From Heterodontus francisci (lineage: Eukaryota): DNA of 64,000 nucleotides. Every line of letters starts with the position of its first letter. Positions within the stretch are counted from its first letter, which is position 1. Where the stretch lies: positions 7,750,001 to 7,814,000 of the forward strand of contig NC_090404.1 in assembly GCF_036365525.1 (NCBI RefSeq), given 5' to 3'. Below are positions 40,401 through 53,235 of the stretch, piece by piece. The translations under genes and the position numbers were made by a program. A model generated the notes under the pieces. It was given only the letters and a program-made list of their open reading frames with translations. It made no database searches and had not been told where the DNA came from.

Positions 40401-42640
40401 CTTATTTACTAGCTCCCCCTCATTTATTTCACTTGCTGTCCTACTGCTCTGGTTCCCACCCCCCTGCCACACTAGTTTAAACCTTCCCGAGTGACGCTAG
40501 CAAACCTCGCAGCCAGGATATTTGTGCCCCTCTAGTTTAGATGCAACCCGTCCTTCTTGTACAGGTCCCATCTGTCCCTGAAGAGATCCCAATGGTCCAG
40601 ATATCTGAAACCCTCCCTTCTACACCAGCTGTTCAGCCACGTGTTTCGCTGCACTCTCTTCCTATTTCTAGCATCACTGGCACGTGGCACAGGGAGTAAT
40701 CCCGAGATTACAACCCTAGAAGTCCTGTCTTTTAACTTACTACCTAACTCCCTGAACTCCCCCTGCAGGGCCTCGTCACTCTTCCTGCCTATGTCGTTGG
40801 TACCAACGTGTACCACAACCTCTGGCTGTTCACCCTCCCCCTTCAGAATGCCCCCTGTCCGTTCAGAGACATCCTTGACCCTGGCACCAGGGAGACAACA
40901 TACCTTGCTGGAGTCTCTTTCACGTCCACAGAAGCGCCTATCTGTGCCCCTGACTACAGAGTCCCCTATAACTCTTATATAAAAACAAGAAATGCTGGAA
41001 CCCCTCAGCAGGTCTGGAAGCATCTGCGGAAAGAGAAGCAGAGTTAACGTTTCGGGTCAGTGACCCTTCTTCGGAACTGAACTTCGGAGTTCCAAAGAAG
41101 GGTCACTGACCTGAAACGTTAACTCTACTCCTCTTTCCACAGATGCTGCCAGACCTGCTGAGTGGTTCCAGCATTTCTTGTTTTTATTTCAGATTTCCAG
41201 CATCCGCAGTATTTTGCTTTTATCCCCTATAACTCTTGCTCTTCTGCGCTTTGTCCCTCCCTGCTGAACAACAGTGCCAGCCGTGGTGCCACTGCTCTGG
41301 TTGCTGCTGTTTTCCCCTGATAGCCCACCACCACCACCACCACCCCCCCAACCCACCGAACTGTATCCAAAGCAGTATACTTGTTAGAGAGGGGGATAGC
41401 CACAGCAGATTCCTGCACTGACTGCCTGCCCCTTCTAGTGGTCAGCCATCTATCTGCTTGCACCTTGGGTGTAACCATTTCTCTAAAACCCCTGTCTGTG
41501 ACACTTTCTGCCACCTGTATGCTCCTAAGTGCATCCAGTTGCCGCTGCAACCGATCCATGTGGTCTGTGAGGGGCTGCAACTGGGTGCACTTACTGCAGA
41601 TGCAGTCGTCCGGAACGCTGGAAGCCTCACAGACCTCCCACATCTCACAGGTGAAGCACTTCACCCCTCTAACTGACATTTCTAGCACTAATTAGTTAAT
41701 TAATATAAAATAATAAATACTTATTAAATCCTTACTAAATTGTTATAATTAACTATATGGTCCCTAGTGCTAGATTCTTAATATAAATATTAAATGCCAA
41801 CTAAATACAGTAATCTCCTCCCTCTGGTTTAGTTACTCTACTTATTAATTAGTTAATTAGGGTTTTAATCAATTTTTATCGATGCTTTATTTTCAAATTC
41901 AGTAAAAATTCCCTACCAGCCAATCAGGTCACAGCTTTCCTGTGACGTCACTTTCAGTTTTTTTTACCAGAGGTAAGTTCTTTATACTTAGCGGTCTGGA
42001 ACGCCGCCCTCCGAGTCTTCTCCCTGGATGCAGGCCACAAAGCCCCGAGGTACATTTTTTATACTTACCAGTCCGGAACTCTGCCCCCCGAGTCTTCTCC
42101 CTGGATGCAGGCCGCGAATCCCCGAGGTAAGTTTTTTATACTTACCAGTCTGGAACTCCGCCCTCTGAGTCTTCTTCCAGTCAGCTGAGCTCTTTGGAAG
42201 CTCTCCGCCCCCCTCACTCTGAGGACAGGTAGGAAATGAAAGGAGCTCCTCGCTCCCTCCTCACCGAACTTCCACAGTTACCAAACTTCCACGATAGCAC
42301 TCTAATGCAACCCACTTCAGCAGTCTAGTGCAAACGAAGTCAGCACTGTAAGATGGCTCAATTTTATATTGACTGACTCTAGCCCCTAAAACTGGTTTCA
42401 GCCAATTCTCTAATTAACAGTGTACAGCTGCACCAGAGCCTGAGTGAACCCTGTTTAAATCTGGTCTAAAACTCACCTTCTCCAACCCAAACAGCAACTG
42501 TTAAGTTAATCTGCTAAATAAAAGACAGATTAGATTTAAGATAAAAATAACCCTTAATTATCCTCAGTTACCAAACTTCCACTATAACACTCTGATGCAA
42601 CCCAAGTCAGCACTCCAGTGCAAATAGGACAAATACTGCT
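37450..42640 (-). mobile_element. Near full-length CR1 LINE (ORF1 with SGNH esterase; ORF2 APE + RT), frameshifted
   Basis: RT motifs (YMDFSKAFDKVPH, GVPQGSVLGP, KFADG), APE motifs (FNARSI, ITETWL, VGDFNFP, SDHN), esterase motifs (VIGDS, HVGTND, DGLHLN); ~77-bp repeats in the 5' UTR at 41960-42180. Confidence 0.95.
40977..41222. mobile_element. Palindromic Penelope-like insertion with 15-bp target-site duplication
   Basis: ~100-bp inverted arms (about 40979-41078 and 41088-41187); TCCCCTATAACTCTT at 40962 and 41223; one-arm copy at 52525-52650. Confidence 0.75.
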
Positions 42641-43082
42641 CGGATAGAATATTCCCGCAGGACAGGTCCCAACAGCTCTGAGTACAGATTGTAGATTCCA
42701 TTCATTCTATAATGAGGGATGAACAGGAGAAACCCGTGCAGGTTTAAGAGGCCAACTGACCGTGTATAGTGTGTGTTCCAGTTCAGGTTTCTCCTCTTCA
42801 CTGCCGATGTATTATTTTTCTGTTTCACTTAAACAAACACAGAAATGTCCAGCTTTGCTGAGGATTGGGATTATATTCAAAGGGCTCTAAACCGTCCCTT
42901 TACAGAGTGTTAGATTTATTTCTGTTTGATGACGACTCACTGACATCATTAATTTCATTCTCCTGCAACATTGGAGTTTACACTGAACAATCCACTCAGT
43001 CAGGTAGATTTCTTCAGGTCCCTATAGCTAGAGACATAGTGAACACGCTCCAAACTAATGAGGAACTATTCCGCTGAACTGG

Positions 43083-43095
43083 CCAGCAGATGGCA
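43083..43095 (+). promoter_or_regulatory. CTCF-like motif
   Basis: CCAGCAGATGGCA. Confidence 0.45.
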
Positions 43096-43534
43096 TTTTC
43101 CATTCAGTTTGTGATGTCACTAATACAGAGAGACCAGAGGAAATCTCCCCCTTTGTGCCTCTCCTGCGAAAGGTTAAGGAAAGCCGAACCCCGCCCCCGT
43201 CCCCTTTACCATCACCACCCACCCTCCACCTCCGCCCCGCTGCCCCCCACACCATCACCACCCGCCCTCCGGTCAATAGGCTCATTGTGAAATACTGTTC
43301 CGGAAGAGGGAGAGAAAAAAACTGAACAACATCATTTACATTCAACACCTGTCATTGTTTTTTGAGATGATTTCCTTCAGGCCAATTCAAAATCAACCTA
43401 TTGCACAGTTCAGTTACAGGTCAAACTGACTCTCAGATCAATGTCCGATCCAGATGATTATTTTTATTGGTCTTTCTCTCTGATGAGCAGAAGGCGATGT
43501 TAATGTCTCCGTTCTCCGGAAAAGAAGCAAATAT

Positions 43535-43685
43535 TGTGGTTAAGGAAGTGACATCAGTTTTTCTGTTGGCACAGACACGAATGGGCCAAGTGACCTCCTT
43601 CTGTGCCTGTAACTTTCTATCAGACCAGTCAGAGCCAACGCTCTCAGCTTCCATCTATTTGATGTCTTGCAGGAAGTGACATCAG
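43535..43685 (+). promoter_or_regulatory. TCR V promoter elements (Runx site, two Ets/CRE-decamer composites)
   Basis: TGTGGTT at 43535; AGGAAGTGACATCAG at 43543 and 43671, upstream of the leader ATG at 43767. Confidence 0.55.
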
Positions 43686-43766
43686 CCCAACATGAGGTTG
43701 TTCCTGTTCGATGCTCCACACGTTCCGGAAACACAAAAACGGCCCTCAAATTCCGGAGCAGCTGTA

Positions 43767-44890
43767 ATGCGGCTCCCCGCTCTCGCCGTTTTCTGGGTGA
43801 CATTCATTCTCGGTAAGAAATTTAACATTTTTAAAAGGGATTAATTTCCAGAGGAATAAATTTTCAGAACAGCGCTTTCATGTCAAACTTGTATCCAACC
43901 TGTTTAGACCACAATTGGGTTATTGTGAGCAGTTCTGGTCTCCAGATTGCAACAAGGATATCGGGACACAGGAGAAAGTACAAGAACGATTTGCAAGACT
44001 GATACCAGAATTGAGAGATAATTTAGCAGACACCATTGTCAGGCCGAGGCTCTTTTCTCTAATAAAGAGAAATCTGAAGGGTAACCTGAGAGATATCTTT
44101 AAAATGTGATGGAGTTCGTTAGGACAGAGGGAGTGAAAATGTTTCCACTTGTGGAGAATTCCAAGTCTATGTGTCATAAATATAAGAGTCACCAAAAACT
44201 CCAGTAGGGAATTCAGGAGAAACTTCTTTACCCAGAGAGTGGTGAGAATGTGGAACTCGCTACCACAAGGAGGGGTAGAGATGAATAGCATTGATACATT
44301 TAAGCGGAAGCTGGATAACCAGAGGATGGAGAAAGGGCTGGAAGGATATGGTGACAGAGTGAGATAAAGAGGGCTGGAGGATGCTCCTGCGGAGTGTGAA
44401 CCCTGGTATGGACCAGTTGGGCCGAATGACCTTTTCTGTTTTCTAAATTCTATTAACATTTATGAAACACTGACTGCGAATTTCCACCGTAGGTTCGGTT
44501 CAGGTGAAGTTTTAATCGATGATTTCTGCTTTCTTTAACCGTGTGTTCCAGACCTGAGCGATGGAGATTCTGTTACTCGGCGGGACTCCTCGCTCACACA
44601 GAGGGAGAAGTTGTCACTTTAACCTGCACCTATCCCGGCGATGGTTATTACTTATTCTGGTACCGCCAATACCCAGGCAGACAGACCGAGTTTGCAGTCC
44701 GGAGGTACAAGAGCGGCGGTGATGAATTGAAGGCGGATTTCGCTCAGAACCGGTTTTCTGATACAGTCCAGCAGTCAGACAAGTTGTACCAATTGACCAT
44801 CTCGGAGCTGCGGCTGTCTGACACCGCGGTCTGTTACTGTGCACTGAGTCTCACAGTGATGGGAACGTGCTACAGCCTCATACAATAACT
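43767..44890 (+). pseudogene. TCR V alpha/delta pseudogene with FR1 frameshift (leader 43767-43812, V exon 44552-44851, 23-RSS 44852-44890)
   Basis: Leader MRLPALAVFWVTFIL; spliced frame DSVTRRDSSLTQREKLSL* is out of frame with TEGEVVTLTC..YYLFWYRQYP..DTAVCYCA; CACAGTG-23-ACAATAACT. Confidence 0.85.
43880..44460 (+). mobile_element. CR1 3' fragment within the leader intron
   Basis: YCEQFWSP..KVQERFARLIP; FRRNFFTQRVVRMWNSLP. Confidence 0.85.
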
Positions 44891-45299
44891 GCCGCAGGTT
44901 TCTGGGACACAGCTGCTGTCTGCTGAGGGCTGTTTATAACAGCGGATCACACACTGACACGTGAATACATTCCTGTGCGGGCAGAACCCGAGCACAATCC
45001 ACATAAACACCATCTAAAATCATTCACATCGAACACTGATTCAGTCTGATTATCACATTAACTGTGTGAGGGCAGAATTGGCTGCTGTTTATTTGTTTAT
45101 CTGTGGGAATTCGCCATTCACACTGAGAATACAAACTCCAGCAGGTGACCTGGAACTAGTTATATCCGTGTACCGCTGCCTCCGATATAACTCACTGTAA
45201 ATGGGCAAAAAATGTTTGGTTCAAAATATCAGTCTATAATGTGTGTATAATGACACATGGGAAAGATCCTAATAATTAAAGTATCTTAATTAAACATAC

Positions 45300-45820
45300 G
45301 AACATACGAATTAAGAGTAAATGTAGGCCATTCGGCCCCTTTGACCCGCTCCGCCATTCAATCAGATCATGGCTGATCTGTTTTTGTTTGGAATTCCACA
45401 TTCCCATCTACCCCCTATAACCTTTGATTCCCTTGCCTAACAAGAATCTATCCACCGCTTACCTTAAAATTATTCAGTGACTCCCGCCTCCACCAGCTTC
45501 TCAGGCAGAGAGTTCCAAAGTCGCAAAACCCTCAGAGAGAAAACATTTCTCCTCATCTCTGTCCTAAAAAGACGACCCCAAATTTTAAAACAGTGCCCCC
45601 TAGTTCTGGCCTCCCCCACATCCTTTGCACATCCACCTTGTCAGCAACGTTCATGAATTTATATGTTTCAATCAAATCTCCCCTCACCCTTCAAATCTCC
45701 AGTGTAAACAAGCCCAGTTTTTCCAACCTTTCCTAAAAAGGCAACCAGATCATTCCAGGTATCAATTTAGTAAACCTCCTCTGAACCGCTTCCAACGTAT
45801 TTACACCGTTCCTTCAATAT
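45300..45820 (-). mobile_element. CR1 3' fragment
   Basis: Antisense CR1 3' tail and ORF2 end. Confidence 0.7.
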
Positions 45821-45833
45821 CAAGACTAGGCAG

Positions 45834-45847
45834 CCACTAGGTGGCGC
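45834..45847 (+). promoter_or_regulatory. CTCF motif
   Basis: CCACTAGGTGGCGC, identical to the 31092 site but in opposite orientation. Confidence 0.65.
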
Positions 45848-48359
45848 TGCACTGGCACATGTTGCCTGTTCAGAGGGGATGTCTGAAGATTTCGAAGGGA
45901 ATTGGGGAGATGGGGAGAAAGGAGCAAAAGGAAAAGACAGAAAGATGGGGTTAAATAGAGGTGAAAAAACTCTAGACATGGAGCATAAAATTGAACGACA
46001 GCTTAATGTTATGAAATAGTACAATGAACTGAAGATCTGAGCAATGTGCCAGTGTGAGTGAGGCCCACACAGACGATCAGTCCTCTACTTGTATGTTTAA
46101 AATCACTTGTGCAGGCGAATGAGGCCCTCTCTGTGCATCAACCCAGATACTGTCTGTATTGAATGGTTAAAAATCTTGACAATGTAACTGCAGATGACCG
46201 AGGCTCCCCGAGGTATGTCAGCTCAGTATCTCTCCATATTCAATGGTTAACGTTATGAGCAATGTACCTGTACAGGTGGGTGAGTGCGGCCCCCTATCTG
46301 CATCAGCTCCATGCATGTCTGTTCTCAATTTTTCAAGTTTTTATCAATGTCCCTGTGCAGATGATTCAGGCTTCAAGTGCTGGATCAGCTCAGTGTCTGT
46401 CTGCTTTCAATGGTTAAAAATTTGATCAATGGGGCTGTGCTGCTGAGTGACTCCCTCCTCCATAGATCAGTCCTGTGCCTGTCTGTTTACTTTGAGAGAG
46501 CTGCCAAATGTGCAACGTAGATAAAGGTGAGACTGAGTACAGTGATACAGAGAGACACCAACAAAGGGAGATAGATAAAGGTGAGACTGAGTACGGTGAG
46601 TGTTACAGAAAGACACTAACAGAGGGAGATAGATGAAGGTGAGACTTAGTAGAATGAATGATATCGAGACACACGAATAGAGCGAGGCAGATAAAGGTGA
46701 GACTGAGTGCAATGATACAACTTGCACTGATGAAGCAGCTCATCACCCTGTGCGGGAAATCCCAGCTTATTTAAAATGTAACTAATTAGAGATGAACGTG
46801 GCCAATTTGCGCACATAATTATCAACAATAAAGCTTAGCTGTCAATTCCGGTCAATATATTTTTGGTGTTCTCGGTTAAAGGAAGGAATGTTGACCAGGA
46901 AACGGCCTGGGGCAATGGGAGCTTTAATGTCCACTCAACAGACAAGGGGTGGGGGAGAGATTATTGGTTCAGATTGTCCCCGGAAAGATAGTGCCCTTTC
47001 AGCGCCGTACCGATTGGAAGCCTGGTTCTGAATATACTTAGGTTCTGAATATGAGGTGAAATCCACAATCTACTGATTCGGAAATTAGAGTCACGTCACT
47101 TTGCCCAAGCTGCTACTAAAATGCTTAATATGTTCAGGTGACATTTTATATCTACAATTTTACTGTAACATTATATAACGTCGTTACTGTTAAGCTGTTA
47201 AAGCATAATGTCACCAATAGCAACTTCAGGAATGCAATTACAAAACTGTTGATGGATGCAATTGAAGTTCATTGAATCGTGGAATTTGACAGCATAGAAG
47301 AAGGCTATTTGGCCCATCGTACCGGCTCTTTGAAAGAGCTATCCAGACAGGTCCACTCTCCAGACCTTCTCCAAAGCTTTGAAAATCTTTCCTTTTCAAA
47401 TAATTATCAAATTTCCGTTTGAAAATTACTATGGAATCTGCTTCCATAGGTAATTCATTCCAGCTCATATCAACTCGCTGAACAAAAGAAATCTCCTCAT
47501 CTTACCCACACCCCCACCTTCTTCCTTTACCAATTATCTTCAATCTGCGCCTTGACATCCTCCCTGAAGTATGGATTGAAATAAACTCAATCATTATTTC
47601 TCCTTCAGATTATTTTTAAGGATTTGTGATCTCTTAAGATTGGCCTGTGCAGAAATCTGAGCATTGTTAATATGGAGAACAATAGTGCAGCCAGTGCTTT
47701 ATGTGCTCGGCAGCATTGGCATCTGCACGAGTCATGTTTCAATAGGGTCACCAGCGTTAGGTGATGAGGGCAACATTCGTTACGTTAAAGGTGTGACATA
47801 AATACAAGTTGTTGCTGCAGCAGACATAAGAAAAACATTTTTATGCAACGGGATTTTATGCTTTGGAATACACTGCCTGACGGCTCAGTGTGAGCAGATT
47901 CAAAGGTTACATTCAAAAGTAAAAGGAAATTGAATAAATACTGATGTGCAAAAATGATGCATCAACCAGGTGCTGGCCGTTCAGACAAACCCAAACCCAG
48001 TCTCCATATAAGCAATCATTTTCCTCCTTTTCCGTCCCCGGACTGAAATGTGGAAGTTTCCAAATGTCGAGACTTCTCCATATTGAATGACGATGTTTGA
48101 GAGATCGGATTGCAGTAATTTATCTGTCTTCCTGGTAACTGTTGACTGAAACAGCAGTGGAGAGTGAGGTATTAATCTTCTCATAAAGGACAAGAGGAGT
48201 ACCCGAGTGAACTGGAGGGAAGTCCATTTGGAACCAACAAGAAATTATTCGCCGAAAAGGAGAGCAATATTGGCCGATCTCTCGCCGTTCAAAGTACAAT
48301 CCGCCATCAGAGTGGAGGTGAGGCTTATTGAGGGAAGGACTGCGATGGACACTGGTGTG

Positions 48360-49715
48360 GAATGTTGTGCACAGTTTTGATCTCCCCGCTTAAGGAAGGA
48401 TCTACTTGCTTTGGAAGAAGTGCAACAAAGGCTCACTGGATGATTCCTGAGGGTAAAGGATGGTCCTGGGCGGGGAGTTTAACTAGAGTATGTCTATATT
48501 TCCTAAATTTTTGTAAAATGAGTAGTGACATAATTAAAACGTGAAAAATTATGAAAGGCCTTAACAGGGTAGATGTTGAGGCGGTGTTTCCTCAGGCTGG
48601 GAAGTCTCGAACTGAGGGTTGCAATCTCAGAATAAGGGGTAGGAAATTTAGAACTGAGATGAGGAGAAATGCCTTCAGTCAAATATTTGTTGTGAATCTG
48701 TGGAATTCTATACCTCAGGGAGCTGTGGATGCTCAGTGATTGAGTATATTCCAGGCAATGTTGACTAGATTTTTTGGATATCAAAGGAATAAAGGGATAT
48801 GGGGAGAGTGCGGGAAGGTGATGTTGCCGTAGATCAGCCATGATCTTATTGAATGGCAGAGCAGGCTGGATGATTGAAATGGCCTCCTCCAGCTCCTACT
48901 TCTTACTTTATCAGCCTTAACTACTTGCACTCCCGAGAAAAGGCATCAGCGGCATTCACACGAATCTGGATATTTTCAACAGACTGGGCCTCTTTTCTCA
49001 GGAAAATAGAGAACCAATTGGAAACTTCATCGAAGTCTTTTCAATTATAAATGGATTCAATGGGTGGATGTGGGTGAATTCAGAACAAGGAGCAATTGAT
49101 ACAGAGTAGTCACTAACAGAACAAATAAATTAATTCAGAAGAATATATTGCCAAAGAGACGCATCGGCAGAATGTTGAACTCGCTGCCACATGGAGTGGT
49201 TGGAGCATTGATGCATCGATGGGGGGGCTTGAAAAATGCAGGAGGGAGAATGGAATAGAGAGACACTGGGCTCAGTGTGGTAATCCATTATAAGTTTGGA
49301 AGTGTTGCTGCAGCTGTACAGAGCATTAGTTAGGCCACATCTGGAATACTGTGTATCCTTTTGGTTTCCATACTTGTGAAAGGATATAATTGCAGTAGCA
49401 GCAGTTCAGAGAAGGTTCACTCGACTGATTCCTGGGGTTATCTTATGAGGAAAGGTTGAGCAGGTTGGGTCTATATCCACTGGAATGTAGAAGATTGAAA
49501 GGTGATCTTATTCAAACACATAAAATCCTGAGGGACAGGGTGGATGCTGACAGGATGTTTCCAGTTGTGGGAGATTCTCGAACTAAGGGTCACAGTTTTA
49601 AAAATAGTGGCCTTCCATTTAATAGTGAGATGAGGAGATTTTTTTTTTGTCTATATAGTATAAATGGGTGGTTAATGGGCGGCACAGGCTCGAGAGACCA
49701 AATGGCCTACTCCTA
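48360..49715 (+). mobile_element. Cluster of CR1 3' fragments
   Basis: FRTEMRRNAFSQ..VNLWNSIPQ; RLGLYPLECRRLKGDLIQT. Confidence 0.75.
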
Positions 49716-49719
49716 ATTT

Positions 49720-50056
49720 AGAAATATAACACTAAAACAGGCACTTCGACCAACCAACCGAGTCTGTGCCGACCATTAACCACCCATTTATACTAATCCT
49801 ACACTAATCCCATATTCCTACCACATCCTCATCTGTCCCTATATTTATTTCCCTGCCACCTACCTAAACTAGGGGCAATTTATAATGGCCAATTTACCTA
49901 TCAACCTGCAAGTCTTTTGGCTGTGGGAGGACCCGGAGAAAACCCAAGCAGACACAGGGAGAACTTACAAACTCCACACAGGCAGTACCCAGAATTGAGC
50001 CCGGGTCGCTGAAGTTGTGAGGCTGCGGTGCTAACCACTGCGCCACTGTGCCGCCT
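49720..50056 (-). mobile_element. tRNA-derived shark SINE (HE1-like)
   Basis: Minus strand starts GGCGGCACAGTGGCGCAGTGGTTAGCACCGCAGCCTCACA with A and B boxes; CR1-like 3' tail; short CCTAATT flanks. Confidence 0.8.
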
Positions 50057-51009
50057 AATTGTTGTGCTGTTGTGGACGAATTAGTGTCTGGGACGAGGTG
50101 GGGTGGGGTGGGTGTATCGGGGCTGGTGGTGGAGAGTCCAGTGGAGTACGAATGCAGGCATAGACCAGTTGGGCCAAATAGCGTTTCCTGTTCCGCAGCT
50201 TCAGGATAAATTAAAATTCAGAAAACACCTCCCGGAGAACACAGGAGAGAATCAACCAATGGGCTGAAGGAATTGAAATTCTCAGTGAGCCGGAGGAGCC
50301 AGTTCCCAGTGAGTAACAGTAAAACCACTGCGGAAACGGCACAGACTGAAACCGAACAGACAACTGAGAGAGGTTGGCATAGACTCCGATGATGGAAAAA
50401 ACCACAAACAGCGCAAAGTAGATGTAGAAATAAAATGAAACTAACTGTAACTATTTCAAATTAAAGAGAAATGGAGAAAATGGGCCCAATTGACGGAACA
50501 AAATAGACAGAGACCGATCAGTATAAAGGAGCTCCGGTGAAGTGTTTCAACTGCGGTAAAAGATTGACCGTTGACGACCGACATTCCTGTCAGTTTCGCT
50601 CAATCTGTGCTGATGAATTTCATTGCTGCCTGTTGGATCTTGCAGTGCGCAGTGATATCACACAGTTATTTTTCGGACCAACCGTTTTGCAAAGTCATTG
50701 TCTCACTGAATTGAAATATTTCCTCGGGTTTGCCTTTCAGCAAAACAAAAGAAACGGGAACTAAATAGAAATTATAGACGGATGCAGCACGGAAGGCGGC
50801 CATTAGGCCCATGTTGCGGGTACCGACTCCTTGAAGATGCAGTCCAATTGTTCTCACTCCCCCTGTTTTCCCCAGAGCCCGGCAATTACCTGTTCCAGTA
50901 TTTATCCAATTCCAGCTTGAAAGTTGCCATTGAATCTGCTGCCACCACCCACTGTGACAGGGCACTTCACCTCGTAATAATTCGCTGAATCCCCCACTAT
51001 CAACATCCT

Positions 51010-52420
51010 TATGTCACCATTGACAAGAAACAAAACGACGAGCCACATAAATGCTGTGGCTGCAAGAGCAAGTCAGAGGCTGTGGAATTCAATGGCAAAT
51101 AACTCACCTCCTTACTCCCCAGTGGCTGTCACAAGAACACAAGAAATAGGAGCAGAAGTAGACCATACGGCCCATCGAGACTACTCCGCCATTCAATACA
51201 ATAATGGCTGATCTTGGATTTCAATTCTATTTTCCCACCCGATCATCTTGTCCCCCATCGACAAAGCACAAGTCAGGAGTGATGGAATAATCTCCACTTG
51301 CCTGGATGAGTGCAAGTCCAACAACACTCAAACAGCTCGACACCATCCAGGACAAAGCAGCCTGCTTGATTTTCACCCCATCCACAAAGATTCACTCCCT
51401 ACAGGACCGATGCAGTGGTAGTAGTGTGTATCGTCTACAAGATGCACTGCAGCAATGCACCAAGGTTCCTTCAAAAGTACCTTCCAAACCAGCGAACTCC
51501 ACCACCTAGAATGACAAAGGTAGCAAATGCATGGGAACACCATGACTTGCAAGTTATTCTCCAAGCCACACACCATCCTGACTTAGAACTATATTGCCGT
51601 TGCTTGACTGTCGCTGGGTCAAAACCTGGAACTCCTTTCCCAGTGGTACTGTCGGTGTACCTACACCCTAAGGACTGCAGTGGTTCAAGAGGCAGCTCAA
51701 CATCACCTTCTCAAGTGCTAATAGGGATGGGCAACAAATGCTGGCCTAGTCAGTGACGCCCACATCCTACGAATGAATCAAAAAAAACACCACCCTTATC
51801 TCAGCTTATCGATTGCTAAAATCCTCATTCCGGTCCTCGTTACCTCTAGCTTTGACTATTCTAATGCGCTCCATGCCGGCCTTCCACATTCTATCCTTTA
51901 TAAACTTGAAGTCATGCAAACCTCTGCTACCTTCACCCTAACTTGCACCATGTCCCGTTCACCCAACACTCCTCTGCTCGCTGGCCCATATTCTCTGCTA
52001 GATAAATAATGCGTTGATGCTAAAAATTTCATCATTGTTTTCAAACTGTACCACGTCTTCGCATCTTCCTATCATTGTAACATCCTCCAGTCGTACAACC
52101 ATACTTGAAATCTGTGCTCCTCCAATTCTGGCCTCTTGCACATCCCTGATATTAATCGCTGCACATTTGACAGTGTTGCGTTCAGTTGGCAAGACCTCAA
52201 AACCTGGAATTCCCTCCCGAAATCTCTTCGCCTAATTAGCTCTCTACATTTGTCCCTTTTCCTCACTAAGACGCTACATCAAACCGAACTCTTTGACCAA
52301 GCTGTTTGTAATCTGCCTGAATATCTCCTTTCTGGTTCGGTTTCCACTTTTGCTCGTGTGAAGCCTTTGGGAGGTTTAACTCCGTCAAAGGCGCTATACA
52401 AACACATTGTGTTGTTGTTG
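51010..52420 (+). mobile_element. LINE fragments (CR1/L2-group 3' end followed by L2-like RT tail)
   Basis: SASPTTLKQLDTIQDKAACL; LVTSSFDYSNALHAGLP..KLEVMQ. Confidence 0.7.
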
Positions 52421-52764
52421 CTTCACCTATCATTCAGGGATAGATTTGAAAATGTCTGAGACCAATGTGCACAGTTGGTTGCAGGTTGTGTGATAAACGG
52501 ACAAAATCCAATATTATATAATATAAATGCAAAATGCTGCAGATGCCGGAAATCTGAAATAAAAACAAGAAATGCTGGAAACACTCAGCAGGTCTGGCAG
52601 CATCTGTGGAGAGAGAAGCAGAGTTAATGTTTCAGATCAGTGACCCTTCATCATATTATGTTCTTTTTATTTAAGCGCAGTGTGTGAGTTGTGCTCGAGT
52701 TGTCGAATATATATTTTGTTCATGATCCACCCGCTTAAAGTGTCTGTAATCCCCACTATGTTCA

Positions 52765-52929
52765 GGTTTTTGTACATCTCTCTCCGTGCTCTGTATCACT
52801 GTGTGTCTGTAATATCTACCATGCTCAGGTTTTTGTACAGCTCTCTCCCTGTTCTGTATCACTGTGTATCTGTAATCTCCACCACGTTGAGGTTTTTGTA
52901 CAGCTCTCTCCGTGTTCTGTATCACTGTG
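52765..52929 (-). other. Three tandem consensus 23-RSSs (63-bp period)
   Basis: Heptamers at 52923-29, 52860-66, 52797-803; nonamers ACAAAAACC at 52891-99, 52828-36, 52765-73; all spacers 23 bp. Confidence 0.97.
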
Positions 52930-53235
52930 CTGTGCGCCGACTCAGTGCACAATAATACACAGCGGAGTCGCTCAGTTGGAGGTTGTAGATTTCTAACCGG
53001 CTGATTTTCTCGGCAGTATCGATAGAAGCAGAAATGCGTCCCCCGGCTGCGTTTTCCTTGTTTTGATCTCCTGAAGTGTGTCTCTGAAGCAGGTATTTCG
53101 GAGCCTGCCCTGGGGACTGACGGTACCAGTGTACTGTGTATTGACAGAGCCCTGAATATTCGCAACTTACAGTAACGATGTCACCGACAGCAGAGGTTTG
53201 TAGAGGCGGACTCCGGGACACCAGGGAACTGGGAT
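52930..53235 (-). CDS. NAR-TCR supporting V delta segment (leaderless, CDR1 Cys)
   Basis: Phase-1 acceptor then (D)PSSLVSRSPP..VSCEYSGLCQYTVHWYRQSP..DSAVYYCAL; no leader found upstream; extra CDR1 Cys is characteristic of supporting V delta. Confidence 0.92.

Noticed and set aside
46500-46720. Short tandem repeats containing ACAGTGATA (also 62150-62360, with one CACAGTG) as RSSs or D segments
   Set aside because: No nonamer at 12 or 23 bp
52671-53165. 164-aa and 91-aa ORFs across the RSS triplet as an extended V
   Set aside because: Different frame or strand from the V domain; the V frame stops at TGA overlapping the first heptamer
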